Notes: generated by a model from the letters alone, not told the origin. 64,000 nucleotides of DNA from Methanothrix sp. (GCA_963682135.1 OY821645.1:1376001-1440000), one strand, 5' to 3'. Positions 30,670-41,430 are shown, numbered from the stretch's first letter. A program made the numbers and translations.

Positions 30670-31863
30670 CTAAAGGATCTCCGTCCTCAGATTCAGGAAT
30701 TCAAACTCGGACTGAATTCCCTTGCGGGCAACTTCTGCCTTGGCTACAATATTTCTGATGTCCTTGATGGTAATATCGCGACCACCTAAACCAGCCGTAA
30801 AGCCGATGATGGGCGTTCTAATACTGCTATTGTAGAATGCTGCCTTCAAGTCAGTCACCAGGCCCGCTTCGCCCCCGATGGCGACGTCTTTCTCAATAAC
30901 GGCAATTACGCCTGCATCTTTCAGGGCCTTTCGCAAAGCTTGCACTGGGAAGGGCCGGTAGCTTCGCACTTTAAGCAATCCGACCTTCTTTCCTTCCGAG
31001 CGCATGGCGTCTATGGCATCCTTGATGGTGCCGATGACCGAGCCCAATGTGACTATTACGATCTCCGCGTCATCCAGGAAGTAGCCGTCCAGAAGCCCGC
31101 CGTAGTACCTTCCAAAGGTCTCCTCAAACTCACGAGCAACCTTTTCAATCTTGATAAGCGCCTTTTGCTGGGCATCAAACTGCTGGTAGCGAAACTCTGT
31201 GAAGGCGGAGGGATCTGCGAAGGCTCCGAAGGTCTTGGGATGGGCCGGGTCCAGGACATCAGCCGGCTGGTAGTCAGGCAGAAACTCCCTGGCCTTTTCC
31301 TTGTCCAAAAGCTCTACCGGCTCGTAGACATGGGTCAAAACGAATCCATCCATGCAGACCATGATGGGAGTTCTGATCTGTGCATCCTCAGCGATCTTGT
31401 AGGCCTGCAGCGTGGCATCCACTGCTTCCTGCACATCCTCCACATAGATTTGCAGCCATCCGACATCGCGAGCGCCAATGGAATCCTGTTGATCGTTCCA
31501 GATATTGAGAGGCGCGCCAATAGCCCGGTTGGCCACGTTCATAACAACAGGTAGCCTCATGCCGGAGACGTTGTATAAAACCTCATACATCAGGGCCAGG
31601 CCTTGGCTTGTGGTTGAGGAATAGCATCTAGCACCGCACGCACTGGAACCGACTAAAACGGACAGGGCTGAGAACTCAGAATCCACGGTCAAGAATTCGC
31701 TGTCAAGCTCGCCATCCGCCACCATCTGAGAGAGGTTCTCCACAATGTGAGTCTGAGGTGTAATCGGATAGGCCGAAATCACATCCGGTCGGCAGCACAT
31801 GACGGCGTGGGCCACCGCATATGAGCCCTCTACCACTTTCATATTAGCAGTCTTCTCGCTCAT
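30670..31863 (-). CDS. porA: Pyruvate:ferredoxin oxidoreductase alpha subunit
   Basis: AYPITPQT, SEFSA, TTSQGL..M.E, NRA; TGATG overlap with porD. Confidence 0.93.
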   Translation of the reverse strand: MSEKTANMKVVEGSYAVAHAVMCCRPDVISAYPITPQTHIVENLSQMVADGELDSEFLTVDSEFSALSVLVGSSACGARCYSSTTSQGLALMYEVLYNVSGMRLPVVMNVANRAIGAPLNIWNDQQDSIGARDVGWLQIYVEDVQEAVDATLQAYKIAEDAQIRTPIMVCMDGFVLTHVYEPVELLDKEKAREFLPDYQPADVLDPAHPKTFGAFADPSAFTEFRYQQFDAQQKALIKIEKVAREFEETFGRYYGGLLDGYFLDDAEIVIVTLGSVIGTIKDAIDAMRSEGKKVGLLKVRSYRPFPVQALRKALKDAGVIAVIEKDVAIGGEAGLVTDLKAAFYNSSIRTPIIGFTAGLGGRDITIKDIRNIVAKAEVARKGIQSEFEFLNLRTEIL

Positions 31864-32120
31864 CACTTCTCCTCCAAGACCATTTGTACCGCCATGCGCG
31901 GGCACTCATTAGCGCAAACGCTGCAACCTTTGCAGTAGTCCAGGTCGGGGATAAATAGTCCTTCTTCCTGGTGGATGCAGCCCTCGGGGCAGTAAATCTC
32001 ACAGAGGCTGCATTTTATGCATTTCACATGATCGAATACAGGTACGAACGTACGCCAGGCACCAGTCTTTGTTATGCGGGTGCTGCAGGCATCAACCAAA
32101 CTCCCGGCTTTTGTTGCCAT
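31863..32120 (-). CDS. porD: Pyruvate:ferredoxin oxidoreductase delta subunit
   Basis: TGAWRT; CIKCSLCEIYCP and YCKGCSVCANECP 4Fe-4S motifs. Confidence 0.92.
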   Translation of the reverse strand: MATKAGSLVDACSTRITKTGAWRTFVPVFDHVKCIKCSLCEIYCPEGCIHQEEGLFIPDLDYCKGCSVCANECPRMAVQMVLEEK

Positions 32121-32656
32121 TAAGATACCCTCTCGAAGGCGGCTTTGATGGCGAGCAGGTTCTTCTTGCCCAGCTCCCCTTTGAAGCGTTCTGAAATGGC
32201 TTTGTTCATGCTCTCCAGACCCACCTCTTTGCTCGCTCCGCAAAATGCTCCCAGCATGGTGGTGTTGACAATAGGCCGCTTTAGAATCTCCATGGCGATC
32301 TTGGTAGCGTCGATAGTGATGACCTCTGCATCCGTCTTGAGATTGAGCGCCTTACCAGTCCGATCGGTATTTATTATTATCTTCCCGGTCGATTTAAGTC
32401 CTGCCGCCACATCTACCACATCGAGCAAGGTTACATCCTGCACAATGACATAATCCGGCTCATAGATCTGACTTCTGACCCTGATGGGCTTGTCGGCAAT
32501 TCTGGCAAAGGCCATTACCGGCGCACCTCTGCGTTCCACTCCAAAGGCCGGAAATGCCTGTGAGAACCTTTTGTCCTCAAAAGCAGCAACGGCAATCATT
32601 TCGGCTGCAGTGACCGATCCCTGACCACCACGACCATGTAAGCGTATTTCTTTCAA
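32120..32656 (-). CDS. porG: Pyruvate:ferredoxin oxidoreductase gamma subunit (TTG start)
   Basis: EIRLHGRGGQG, FGVERRGAPV; GGAGG RBS. Confidence 0.92.
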   Translation of the reverse strand: MKEIRLHGRGGQGSVTAAEMIAVAAFEDKRFSQAFPAFGVERRGAPVMAFARIADKPIRVRSQIYEPDYVIVQDVTLLDVVDVAAGLKSTGKIIINTDRTGKALNLKTDAEVITIDATKIAMEILKRPIVNTTMLGAFCGASKEVGLESMNKAISERFKGELGKKNLLAIKAAFERVS

Positions 32657-32825
32657 GGGCTGACCTCCAAATAGTTCGCGCTTTCTGTCTACTCTTCTCC
32701 GCGAAAAAGTGATGAGTAAATATATCTCTTTCGGAGCCACGGCAAGTTCTTATGTAAGATGCTCTTCTTACACACCAGTTCAAGCCGCCCGGGCACCAGG
32801 CTCTTTGGCGTATGAAGGATAGTCT

Positions 32826-33509
32826 ATGGATAACAGGAATGAAATACTCTTTGCGGTCCGAGAAGCCAAGAGGAACCTAGGGGAAGCAGCAGACTTTCGC
32901 GTCGCAGATGCTCTGACCATCTTGGAGGGCATCGCGCCGTTCCTGGATAAGGAAGTTGTCATTGGGATGAAGTGCAAGAGTTGCGATAATTATGCAACTG
33001 CCACATTTCCTCTGAGCCGGGATTTCTGGGCAGTAGATGAAAGCGAATACTGCCATGCCAAAGATGCGTCCCTAAAGAACCTCACTGCTTCCAAGCTGGC
33101 TGGATGCCCCCAATACTCCAGCCAGGCTTCCCGGGATCTGATCGCATTGGGTACAGCCATAATGGAGGAAGATCTGCGGCCTGCTTTTCAGGAGAGAAAG
33201 CTCTATGATCGAAGCAAATTTGCCAGCTATAGTGTGGCCTTTAGGCTGCAATCTTCCCCAGGAAATGTCCGCATTGAACTGGGGCATAGAACCAATGATG
33301 GCTTTGCCTGCAGTGACATAAAGCTCTACATATTAAGAAGGCTGGATCCCGGGTTTGGGGCAGTGGCCTCTCAGAAGATAGCCGAGGCTACAAAGAGCAG
33401 TCCGATCATAGTAGTACAGTCCAGTCTGCAGACAAGAAGACAACTGGACATAGACTACGTGCTGGAATGGATAGCTGAAAAGCGAAAGATGGATATAGTC
33501 TATCTCTAG
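32826..33509 (+). CDS. Hypothetical protein with CxxC motif
   Basis: 227-aa ORF filling the gap; CKSC plus further Cys residues. Confidence 0.65.
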   Translation: MDNRNEILFAVREAKRNLGEAADFRVADALTILEGIAPFLDKEVVIGMKCKSCDNYATATFPLSRDFWAVDESEYCHAKDASLKNLTASKLAGCPQYSSQASRDLIALGTAIMEEDLRPAFQERKLYDRSKFASYSVAFRLQSSPGNVRIELGHRTNDGFACSDIKLYILRRLDPGFGAVASQKIAEATKSSPIIVVQSSLQTRRQLDIDYVLEWIAEKRKMDIVYL

Positions 33510-33553
33510 CGTTATTCTAGATGATAAATGATGATTAAAGGATGTTTTAGACA

Positions 33554-35368
33554 ATGGCGCAACCGTTAGTGCCAGATACCAGCGTGGTAATTGATGGCAG
33601 AGTCTCTGCCAAGATCAAAGCAGGGGAGCTGCAGGGTCGCAGGATCGTGGTACCTGAAGCAGTGGTAGCCGAGCTGGAAGCTCAGGCCAATCATGGACGA
33701 GATATCGGTCTTAGAGGATTGGAAGAACTAAGGAAGCTCTCTGAACTTGCCAAGACAGGCAAGATCGAGCTGGAATACGTGGGCATCAGGCCCAATTTGG
33801 ACCAAATCAAGCTCGCCGGTGGAGGAGAAATCGACGCCATGATTCGGGATGTAGCCCTGGAACTTGGCGCCTCCTTCCTTACCAGCGATCAGGTTCAGTT
33901 CCGAGTGGCAGAAGCTATGGGCCTGGATGTGGAATACGTCCGCCCGCAACGAGAGGCTATCAAGCCCTTAAGCCTGGAGAAATACTTCACAGAGGATACT
34001 CTTTCCGTGCATCTCAAAGAAGGTGCCATGCCCATGGCCAAACGCGGCCGGGTGGGAGACTTTTCCCTGGTTCGTATAGGAGAGAGGCCGCTATCGGAAA
34101 GAGAGCTAAGAGACCTCTCTCGAGAGATCTACGAGAGGACCAAGGCGGATCCGGAAGGCTATGTGGAGATGGAAAAGATTGGTGCGGCTGTAATTCAACT
34201 AGGGCCCATGAGAATCGCGATAGCCAAACCCCCGTTCTCTGACGGCCTGGAGATAACAGCCGTTCGGCCTGTAGCTAAGGTGAGCTTTGACTCTTACCGC
34301 CATAGCGGCATGCTAAAGGAGAGGCTGAAGGAGAGTCAGAGGGGCATCCTCATCGCCGGCCCGCCGGGATCAGGAAAATCCACCTTCGCCGCAGGAGTTG
34401 CCGAGTATCTCTTAAGCTGCAACTATGTGGTCAAGACCCTGGAATCGCCTCGCGATCTGCAAGTTCCCGACGAGATCACCCAGTACGGGCCGCTGGAAGG
34501 CAGCATGGAAGCCTCGGCAGATATCTTGCTCCTGGTCAGGCCGGACTACACCATCTACGATGAGGTCCGAAAGACGCGCGATTTCCAGGTCTTTGCAGAT
34601 ATGCGATTGGCAGGCGTGGGCATGATAGGTGTGGTGCATGCCAACAAGCCCATCGATGCCTTGCAGCGTCTTCTCGGTCGCGTGGACATGGGCATGATTC
34701 CCCAGGTGGTGGATACGGTGGTCTTCATCGAGAAAGGCGAGGTCACCCATGTCCTGGATGTGGAGTTCGTGGTCAAGGTTCCCGCCGGCATGGTAGAAGC
34801 GGACTTGGCCCGGCCGGTGATTGTGGTCAAGGACTTTGAGACGGGCCAGGCGGAGTATGAGCTATACTCCTATGGCGAGCAGATCGTGGTCATGCCTGTA
34901 TCCAAAGAGAGCCGGAAGCCCGCACCATCCTGGAAGCTGGCCAGTCGGGAGATAGAGAAGGAGATATCGCATCATGTGCGAGGACCCTTCCAGGTGGAGA
35001 TGCTCACCGACTCATCCGCAGTTATCCACGTTCCCCAGGACGAAGCTGCGAGAGTGATTGGCAAGGCCGGCAAGAACATCGATCAGATCGAGAAGAACCT
35101 GGGACTGCACATTGACGTGCGCACTCAAGATGCGCCGGTCCTGGCAACGCCCAAGGTGGAAGAGACGGCCAAGCATCTCATCATCTGGTTAGAGGGCATG
35201 GCAGGAGAGTCTGTAGAGGTCTTCGTAGGCGAGGAGCCAGTCTTCACTGCCACCGTGGGCCGAAGAGGTGATATCCGGGTGGCCAAGTCCTCGGAGATGG
35301 CCAAACGCATCATCAAGCGCATGAAGGTCGGAGAGAAGATCGTGGTGCAAAAGGCAAGCTCGGATTGA
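33554..35368 (+). CDS. PIN-domain ATPase with KH domain (PINA-like)
   Basis: VPDTSVVIDG PIN; GPPGSGKST; YDEVR; C-terminal VIGKAGKNI KH motif. Confidence 0.92.
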   Translation: MAQPLVPDTSVVIDGRVSAKIKAGELQGRRIVVPEAVVAELEAQANHGRDIGLRGLEELRKLSELAKTGKIELEYVGIRPNLDQIKLAGGGEIDAMIRDVALELGASFLTSDQVQFRVAEAMGLDVEYVRPQREAIKPLSLEKYFTEDTLSVHLKEGAMPMAKRGRVGDFSLVRIGERPLSERELRDLSREIYERTKADPEGYVEMEKIGAAVIQLGPMRIAIAKPPFSDGLEITAVRPVAKVSFDSYRHSGMLKERLKESQRGILIAGPPGSGKSTFAAGVAEYLLSCNYVVKTLESPRDLQVPDEITQYGPLEGSMEASADILLLVRPDYTIYDEVRKTRDFQVFADMRLAGVGMIGVVHANKPIDALQRLLGRVDMGMIPQVVDTVVFIEKGEVTHVLDVEFVVKVPAGMVEADLARPVIVVKDFETGQAEYELYSYGEQIVVMPVSKESRKPAPSWKLASREIEKEISHHVRGPFQVEMLTDSSAVIHVPQDEAARVIGKAGKNIDQIEKNLGLHIDVRTQDAPVLATPKVEETAKHLIIWLEGMAGESVEVFVGEEPVFTATVGRRGDIRVAKSSEMAKRIIKRMKVGEKIVVQKASSD

Positions 35369-35529
35369 GCCTGCCTTTTGATCCGAGGATCTTTTTTGCG
35401 CTCATTTTTTCCCTTTCCGCTAAATGCATTTTGCCGGACAAAGCGCCATATTTATGTCCCTTCGTTCGATAACTCTGATTGATTACTACGATTATTATAG
35501 GACTTGAGAAACTTAAGGGGAGGTTAAAG

Positions 35530-36096
35530 ATGATGAAAAAGACAAATATTAATTCTCTGGCAGGCATTATGATGCTCATCTTCCTGGCAACCACTGTGGT
35601 GGCAGTGGATGATCCGCTGAATCCCACGAGCGATGGTGCCCTGCAGGACATAAAAAATACCATGGGGGACGACATCTTCAGCAAGAGTCAGCAGGACCAG
35701 TTAGGCAATGCCACACCAGTGATAACAGGAAAGAATCTTCCCGGCTCTATTGCCAGCTCGCAGTCTTCCCTGCCCAAGGCGAGGCTAATCAGCCCCACCA
35801 GCACCTGGAGCCTGAAGCTGCTGGACAGCCAGGAGCGATCTGTCGCTTTGCAGATGTACCAGTCAAATGACATCGTATTCGGCAAAGGCACAATTGCAGT
35901 AGGAATTAACACTCAAAATGCCATGGCAACCGGGACCGTCACCGGGAATAAGCTGAATCTGGACGTTTTATCCGACGACTTAACGCTCTTTCGTCTTTCT
36001 CTAACCATGAACGGAAAATCACTATCAGGCGACTATCATGGTTACAGCGTCAGCTATGTGCCCTGGAAAGGAATCGCCATGGGAAAGATCAATTAA
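35530..36096 (+). CDS. Secreted hypothetical protein (paralog of next gene)
   Basis: Signal peptide; C-terminal W...L.DS.ER...L...Q....VFG.G domain. Confidence 0.75.
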   Translation: MMKKTNINSLAGIMMLIFLATTVVAVDDPLNPTSDGALQDIKNTMGDDIFSKSQQDQLGNATPVITGKNLPGSIASSQSSLPKARLISPTSTWSLKLLDSQERSVALQMYQSNDIVFGKGTIAVGINTQNAMATGTVTGNKLNLDVLSDDLTLFRLSLTMNGKSLSGDYHGYSVSYVPWKGIAMGKIN

Positions 36097-36108
36097 AACT
36101 AGCAAGTA

Positions 36109-36118
36109 TTTTTTTTTT
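36109..36118 (+). terminator. Oligo-T tract, probable archaeal terminator
   Basis: T10 run 13 bp after the stop codon. Confidence 0.5.
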
Positions 36119-36209
36119 GATAAATTTTATTAATATATCGTTGTTTGTCGTATAACCATCAAGCTTATCAACTAATAATTTGATTTCATTCATAAAAGGT
36201 CGATGTATC

Positions 36210-36908
36210 ATGAAATTTAAATTGCTAGTAGTATCATCAATGTTTCTCATTGCCTTCCAGGTTATGATGGCTCTTTGTGCTGATTGGTCCAATCAACAAA
36301 GTCTCAGCGCTGACGAATTGCTAAGCGGAGGAGAAGTTACCGTATATAAGAATCCGACTGGCTTTGCAGCGACACCCCAGGCGCAAAGAGAGCTTGACAA
36401 GAATAAGAGCTCATTGGACTGGACCATGCCCAGCACCCTTACTGGCGGCGGCAACAGCGCTAAGGATTCCAGGACTCAAGCAGAGACGGCCAGTGAAGAA
36501 ACTGCAGCCAGCACAGCCACAGAAGAGACAGCAACATCCGCGAACACATCCGCAGCCACAGATACGGAGCTGCCCCCTGCCCAGCCACAGGTCACCACCG
36601 TGGGTGGAAGCTGGTATTTTACGCTCAATGACAGTCTGGAGAGAGATCTGGCCATGGTCCTCTTCCAGAATGGAAATGATGTCTTTGGAGCCGGCAAGAT
36701 CAAAGAGGGCAACAGCACACTGGATGTAACGGTATCAGGCAGCGTTGCAGATTCAGCCTTAGATCTAAATGTAGTCTCCCTGGGAACCATCAGCCTCTAC
36801 AAGCTCAAGCTCGATCTGAGCGAAGATTGGGCCAGCGGAGAGTACCAGGCATTTTCCTCGGGCAGCGACTCCTGGACAGGAAGCGCCGAGGGCGAGAAGA
36901 CGGCTTAG
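36210..36908 (+). CDS. Secreted hypothetical protein with Ala/Thr/Ser/Glu linker
   Basis: Signal peptide; same C-terminal beta domain as 35530..36096. Confidence 0.75.
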   Translation: MKFKLLVVSSMFLIAFQVMMALCADWSNQQSLSADELLSGGEVTVYKNPTGFAATPQAQRELDKNKSSLDWTMPSTLTGGGNSAKDSRTQAETASEETAASTATEETATSANTSAATDTELPPAQPQVTTVGGSWYFTLNDSLERDLAMVLFQNGNDVFGAGKIKEGNSTLDVTVSGSVADSALDLNVVSLGTISLYKLKLDLSEDWASGEYQAFSSGSDSWTGSAEGEKTA

Positions 36909-37006
36909 TTGAGATGCGAATCAAGTGCCGGGATACCGGCACCTGTTTATCTATTTTATGAGCACCGAAAGCGATATGAGAAGAGAAGCACGAGCATAAA
37001 CGGATT

Positions 37007-39652
37007 ATGTCCAAGCTCTCTCCTCTCATGGAGCAGTATTACCGGGAAAAAAAGCTGTACCCGGATGCATTGCTGCTATTTCGGGTGGGCGACTTTTACG
37101 AGACCTTTGCCGAGGATGCCGTTGTCGTCGCCCGCGATCTGAACATCACTCTCACCTCCCGCCAAAAGGACGACGAAGGGAACAAAATCCCGCTGGCAGG
37201 CGTTCCCTACCATGCTCTGGAGGTCTACCTGGCCAAGCTCATCCGGGCAGGGCACAAGGTAGCCATCTGCGATCAGGTGGAGGACCCCAAGCTGGCCAAA
37301 GGGCTGGTAAAGAGGGAGATCACTCGCGTGGTGACACCAGGCACAATAATTGAGCCAGCCATGCTCGACGAAGCCAGCAACAATTTTCTCGCCTCAGTAG
37401 TACAGGACGGGGACAAGATAGGGCTGGCTTTTGTGGACGTCTCCACGGGAGAGTTTCTGACCACAGAGATTGCTGCCGAGCGGCTATCTTCCGAGATGGC
37501 CAAGTTTCGGCCTGCGGAATTGGTCGCATCTTTTCCTGTGGATTGGCAGGGAAGCAGTCTGCAGATTCTGGACGAGGCTGCATTCTCAAAGGAAAGCACA
37601 TCCTCCGCCCTGGTGAGCCGCTTTGGTCCCGACTGGAAAGAGCGGCTGCAGCTCTCGGACCGGCCCCTTGCCGCCCGCGCCTCTGGCGCCATTCTCACCT
37701 ACCTGCACTCCGCTCATTTCGATGCTCTGGGGCACCTGCATGACATTCGCTTCTACAGCGCCGCCGAGTTCATGGTCCTGGACGAAGTCACCTTGCGCAA
37801 TTTAGAGATCGTCCGCAACATCCGGGACCGCTCTCGGAGAGGAACGCTGCTGGAGTTCCTGGCCCGGACAAAGACCCCCATGGGGGCACGCACCCTGGCC
37901 CGCTGGATCCAGATGCCTCTGCTTTCCCTGGAAGCAATCGACCGAAGGCATCAGGCAGTAGAAGAGCTCTGCAATAATCCCGTGCTGCGGGAAAGCCTGA
38001 CAGAGGAGCTGAAGGGCGTATGTGATTTGGAGAGGCTGATGAGCAGGGTTACCTGCCGCTCTGCCGGTCCCAAAGAGCTGGTGGTGCTGAAGAGCACACT
38101 GGCAAGGCTGCCCAGGCTGCAAGAGATCCTGGAGGACGGCGCATCACCCTACCTGGTCGAGCAACACGGTCGGCTCAGCCCCTGTGGAGATATCGTCTCT
38201 CTCCTGGAAAGATCGATAGTTGAAGACCCGCCCACCCATCTGCGAGACGGCGGCGTGATCAAAGACGGCTACGACGGCAGGATCGACGAGCTTCATACTC
38301 TCTTGCGGGACGGAAGGGGCTGGATTGCCCGCCTGGAGGCTTCCGAGAAAGAGAAGACAGGCATCAAATCTCTCAAGATCTCCTACAACAACGTCTTCGG
38401 CTATTATCTGGAGGTCACCCGAACAAACCTGCATCTTGTGCCGCAGGAGTATATCCGCAAGCAGACCCTGGCAAATGTGGAGCGTTTCATCACCCCGGAG
38501 CTGAAAGAGATGGAAGCAAAGGTCCTATCCGCCCAGGAGATGTCCATATCTCTCGAGCAGGAGATCTTTGCCGACCTGTGCAGCCAAATAGCAGCCGCGG
38601 CCCGCACCATCCAAGAGAAGGCCACAGCGCTGGCCGAGCTGGACGTAGTTGTGGCTCTGGCCAATGTGGCCTCTGAGAGTGGTCTCGTGAGGCCCCAGTT
38701 CAACAATGAGGGCAAGCTGTTCCTGCGAAGCCTCAAGCATCCTGTTCTGGATAGAAGCATGCGAGGCGGCTTTGTGCCCAACGATGTGCTCCTGGATAGT
38801 GATCATAACCGTTTTATAATTCTCACCGGCCCCAACATGGCAGGAAAATCCACCTTCATGCGCCAGATAGCCCTGGCGGTAATCCTGGCCCAGGCAGGCT
38901 CCTTTGTGCCCGCCGCTTTCGCCTCCCTGTGCCTCGTCGACCGCATCTTCACCCGTGTGGGAGCTTACGACGATCTATCTGCCGGGCAGAGCACCTTCAT
39001 GGTAGAGATGACGGAGCTGGCCACCATCCTCGCCGCAGCGAGCAGGGACAGCCTGGTGCTGCTCGACGAGGTGGGGAGAGGCACCAGCACCTTTGACGGC
39101 CTATCCTTAGCCTGGGCGATATCCGAGTATCTGCACAGCACTATCAAATGCAAATCGGTCTTTGCCACTCACTACCATCAACTCACGCAGCTGGAAGGCA
39201 TCCTGCCGGGGGTGAAGAACTACAGCATCGCCGTAAAGGAGGAGAAAGGGAGCATCACCTTCCTGCGCACTGTGGTGCCCGGAGCCACAGACAAGAGCTA
39301 CGGCGTGCATGTGGCCCGCCTGGCCGGAGTGCCGGAGGCCGTGACAAAGAGGGCGGACCAGATTCTAAAGGAGATAGAGAAAGAAGCGGTGATTGAGCCA
39401 CTGTCAGGGAATAAAAAAAGCAGGAAGTCATCCCAGTACACCCAGCTCATATTCTTCGATGCGCCTACACCGGAAGGAAAGGCAGAATGCGAAGTGGGAA
39501 AGATACTTCAGCCCCAAAAGGATGATGTAATTCTGCAAGAGATACGGGCTCTGGAGATTGATTCCATGACGCCTCTACAGGCGCTAAACCGTCTTGTCGA
39601 ATACCAGAGGCGTCTGGGAGAGAAAAGAGGTGAAAGCCATGGCCCGGATTAG
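37007..39652 (+). CDS. mutS: DNA mismatch repair protein MutS
   Basis: FRVGDFYETF, TGPNMAGKST, STFMVEM, DEVGRGTST, FATHY, SYG..VA.LAG. Confidence 0.97.
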   Translation: MSKLSPLMEQYYREKKLYPDALLLFRVGDFYETFAEDAVVVARDLNITLTSRQKDDEGNKIPLAGVPYHALEVYLAKLIRAGHKVAICDQVEDPKLAKGLVKREITRVVTPGTIIEPAMLDEASNNFLASVVQDGDKIGLAFVDVSTGEFLTTEIAAERLSSEMAKFRPAELVASFPVDWQGSSLQILDEAAFSKESTSSALVSRFGPDWKERLQLSDRPLAARASGAILTYLHSAHFDALGHLHDIRFYSAAEFMVLDEVTLRNLEIVRNIRDRSRRGTLLEFLARTKTPMGARTLARWIQMPLLSLEAIDRRHQAVEELCNNPVLRESLTEELKGVCDLERLMSRVTCRSAGPKELVVLKSTLARLPRLQEILEDGASPYLVEQHGRLSPCGDIVSLLERSIVEDPPTHLRDGGVIKDGYDGRIDELHTLLRDGRGWIARLEASEKEKTGIKSLKISYNNVFGYYLEVTRTNLHLVPQEYIRKQTLANVERFITPELKEMEAKVLSAQEMSISLEQEIFADLCSQIAAAARTIQEKATALAELDVVVALANVASESGLVRPQFNNEGKLFLRSLKHPVLDRSMRGGFVPNDVLLDSDHNRFIILTGPNMAGKSTFMRQIALAVILAQAGSFVPAAFASLCLVDRIFTRVGAYDDLSAGQSTFMVEMTELATILAAASRDSLVLLDEVGRGTSTFDGLSLAWAISEYLHSTIKCKSVFATHYHQLTQLEGILPGVKNYSIAVKEEKGSITFLRTVVPGATDKSYGVHVARLAGVPEAVTKRADQILKEIEKEAVIEPLSGNKKSRKSSQYTQLIFFDAPTPEGKAECEVGKILQPQKDDVILQEIRALEIDSMTPLQALNRLVEYQRRLGEKRGESHGPD

Positions 39653-41366
39653 ACTTCTAGATGCAGATACTATCAATAAGATCGCCGCCGGAGAGGTCAT
39701 CGAGCGGCCCGCTTCCGTGGTCAAGGAGCTGGTGGAAAACTCCATCGACGCCGGAGCCGGCAAGGTGCTCATTGAGCTTGGCGACGGGGGAAAGAGCTTC
39801 ATCAAGATAACCGATGACGGCTGCGGCATAGATGCCCAGGATCTGCCCTTGGCCTTTCAAAAGCATGCCACCTCCAAGATCAGCGGGGCCAAAGATCTGG
39901 ACAATATCGCCACCCTGGGATTTCGGGGTGAGGCCCTGGCCAGCATTGCCAGCGTCTCTCGGAGCGTCGAGGTAAAAACCAAGACGCGAGGGTCGCTCTC
40001 CGGCACTTACCTGCGCATGGAGGGCGGCAAGATTGCCGAGGTCAAGGAGATCGGCTCTCCGGTGGGCACCACCATCACCGTCTGGGATCTCTTCTACAAT
40101 GTTCCCGCCAGAAAAAAGCACCTCAAAGGGGTGGAGGCGGAGATCGTCCACATCACAGATACAGTTACGGAGCTGGCCCTCATCCACTACGGCATCTCCT
40201 TCGAGCTATTCTCAGGCAAAAAAACCATCTTCAAGTCCGCAAAATCATCCAGCTGGGATGATGTGCTCTTCCGGCTCTTCGGCCTGAAGACCTTGAAAGG
40301 CATGGCCCGGCTGGAGGGGACAGGGCAAGGCTGGAGCCTCTCCGGCGTCGTCGGAGATCCCCTGGCGGTGCGAAGCAGCCCGGACAGGATATTCATCTTT
40401 GTTAACGAAAGAGCGGTCTACTCTCGGGCCCTCTCTGCTGCGGTGCGGGAAGCCTATCGAAATATCATTCCCCAGGGAAAAAGCCCGGTTGCCGTCATCT
40501 CCCTGCAGATAAGGCCGGAGCTGGTGGACGTGAATGTTCACCCGGCCAAGAGAGAGATCCGCCTCTTGCATGAGGAGGAGATCGCCAGCGAGCTTACGCG
40601 GGCCGCGGCCAGGGCGCTGGAGGAGCATGCCCGCTCTGCACCGGCAGGTATACCGGAAGGGGTATCGGATGAAATGTCGAGCGAAGGTGAAGCCATAGCG
40701 CCGCTGCGCCAATCCACCATCGCACAAAGTTTTGATCAGAGTACTCTTCCTCTCGACCCGGTGGAAGAGGAGCCTGCCCCGCAGCAGCCCGGTCCCAGTC
40801 TGCGTATCCTTGGCCAGATCAAGAAGCTATACATCGTCGCCGAGGGCCAGGAGGGACTGGTGCTCATCGACCAGCATGCCGCAGCAGAGCGCATTCGTTT
40901 TGAGATGCTGCAAGAACGCTACCAGAACAAAAAGATCCGTCAGGAACTGGCCGAGCCCATCTCCCTGGAGCTATCCCCAAGCGAGATAATCATGATGACC
41001 TCCTGGCGGGAGACGCTGCAGGAGATTGGCTTTGATGTCGCGCCCTTTGGGGGAAACACCTACACCATCCGGGCCGTTCCCGCCCTGGGCCGAAGGCTGG
41101 AGAGCGCAGATGCGGTGCATGACATCCTCAGAGACCTTTTCTCCCAGGGAAAGGCAAGCCCTAACTCGTCCAATAAAGATGAGATCCTCAGGCTTCTGGC
41201 CTGCCGGGGCTCTATCAAATCTGGAAAAGAGCTGAGCTTTGCTGAGATGAAAAAGCTTGTCGATGACCTGCACCACTGCAATAATCCCCTCACCTGCCCG
41301 CACGGCAGGCCGGTGATGGTGACGATGGGCCAGAACCAGCTGGAGCGGCTCTTTGGAAGGAGATAG
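39639..41366 (+). CDS. mutL: DNA mismatch repair endonuclease MutL
   Basis: IAAGEVIERPASVVKELVENSIDA, GFRGEAL, DQHAAAERI.FE, CPHGRP. Confidence 0.97.
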   Translation: MARIRLLDADTINKIAAGEVIERPASVVKELVENSIDAGAGKVLIELGDGGKSFIKITDDGCGIDAQDLPLAFQKHATSKISGAKDLDNIATLGFRGEALASIASVSRSVEVKTKTRGSLSGTYLRMEGGKIAEVKEIGSPVGTTITVWDLFYNVPARKKHLKGVEAEIVHITDTVTELALIHYGISFELFSGKKTIFKSAKSSSWDDVLFRLFGLKTLKGMARLEGTGQGWSLSGVVGDPLAVRSSPDRIFIFVNERAVYSRALSAAVREAYRNIIPQGKSPVAVISLQIRPELVDVNVHPAKREIRLLHEEEIASELTRAAARALEEHARSAPAGIPEGVSDEMSSEGEAIAPLRQSTIAQSFDQSTLPLDPVEEEPAPQQPGPSLRILGQIKKLYIVAEGQEGLVLIDQHAAAERIRFEMLQERYQNKKIRQELAEPISLELSPSEIIMMTSWRETLQEIGFDVAPFGGNTYTIRAVPALGRRLESADAVHDILRDLFSQGKASPNSSNKDEILRLLACRGSIKSGKELSFAEMKKLVDDLHHCNNPLTCPHGRPVMVTMGQNQLERLFGRR

Positions 41367-41430
41367 AAGTGCCGGTGGGACTCATTTGCGGTCCTCCGGA
41401 TCTTTGGTAACTCCCGCAGGCGCTCTCTAG

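Noticed and set aside
37007-41366. mutS-mutL in an archaeon
   Set aside because: Already known in Methanosarcinales and halophiles; not novel.
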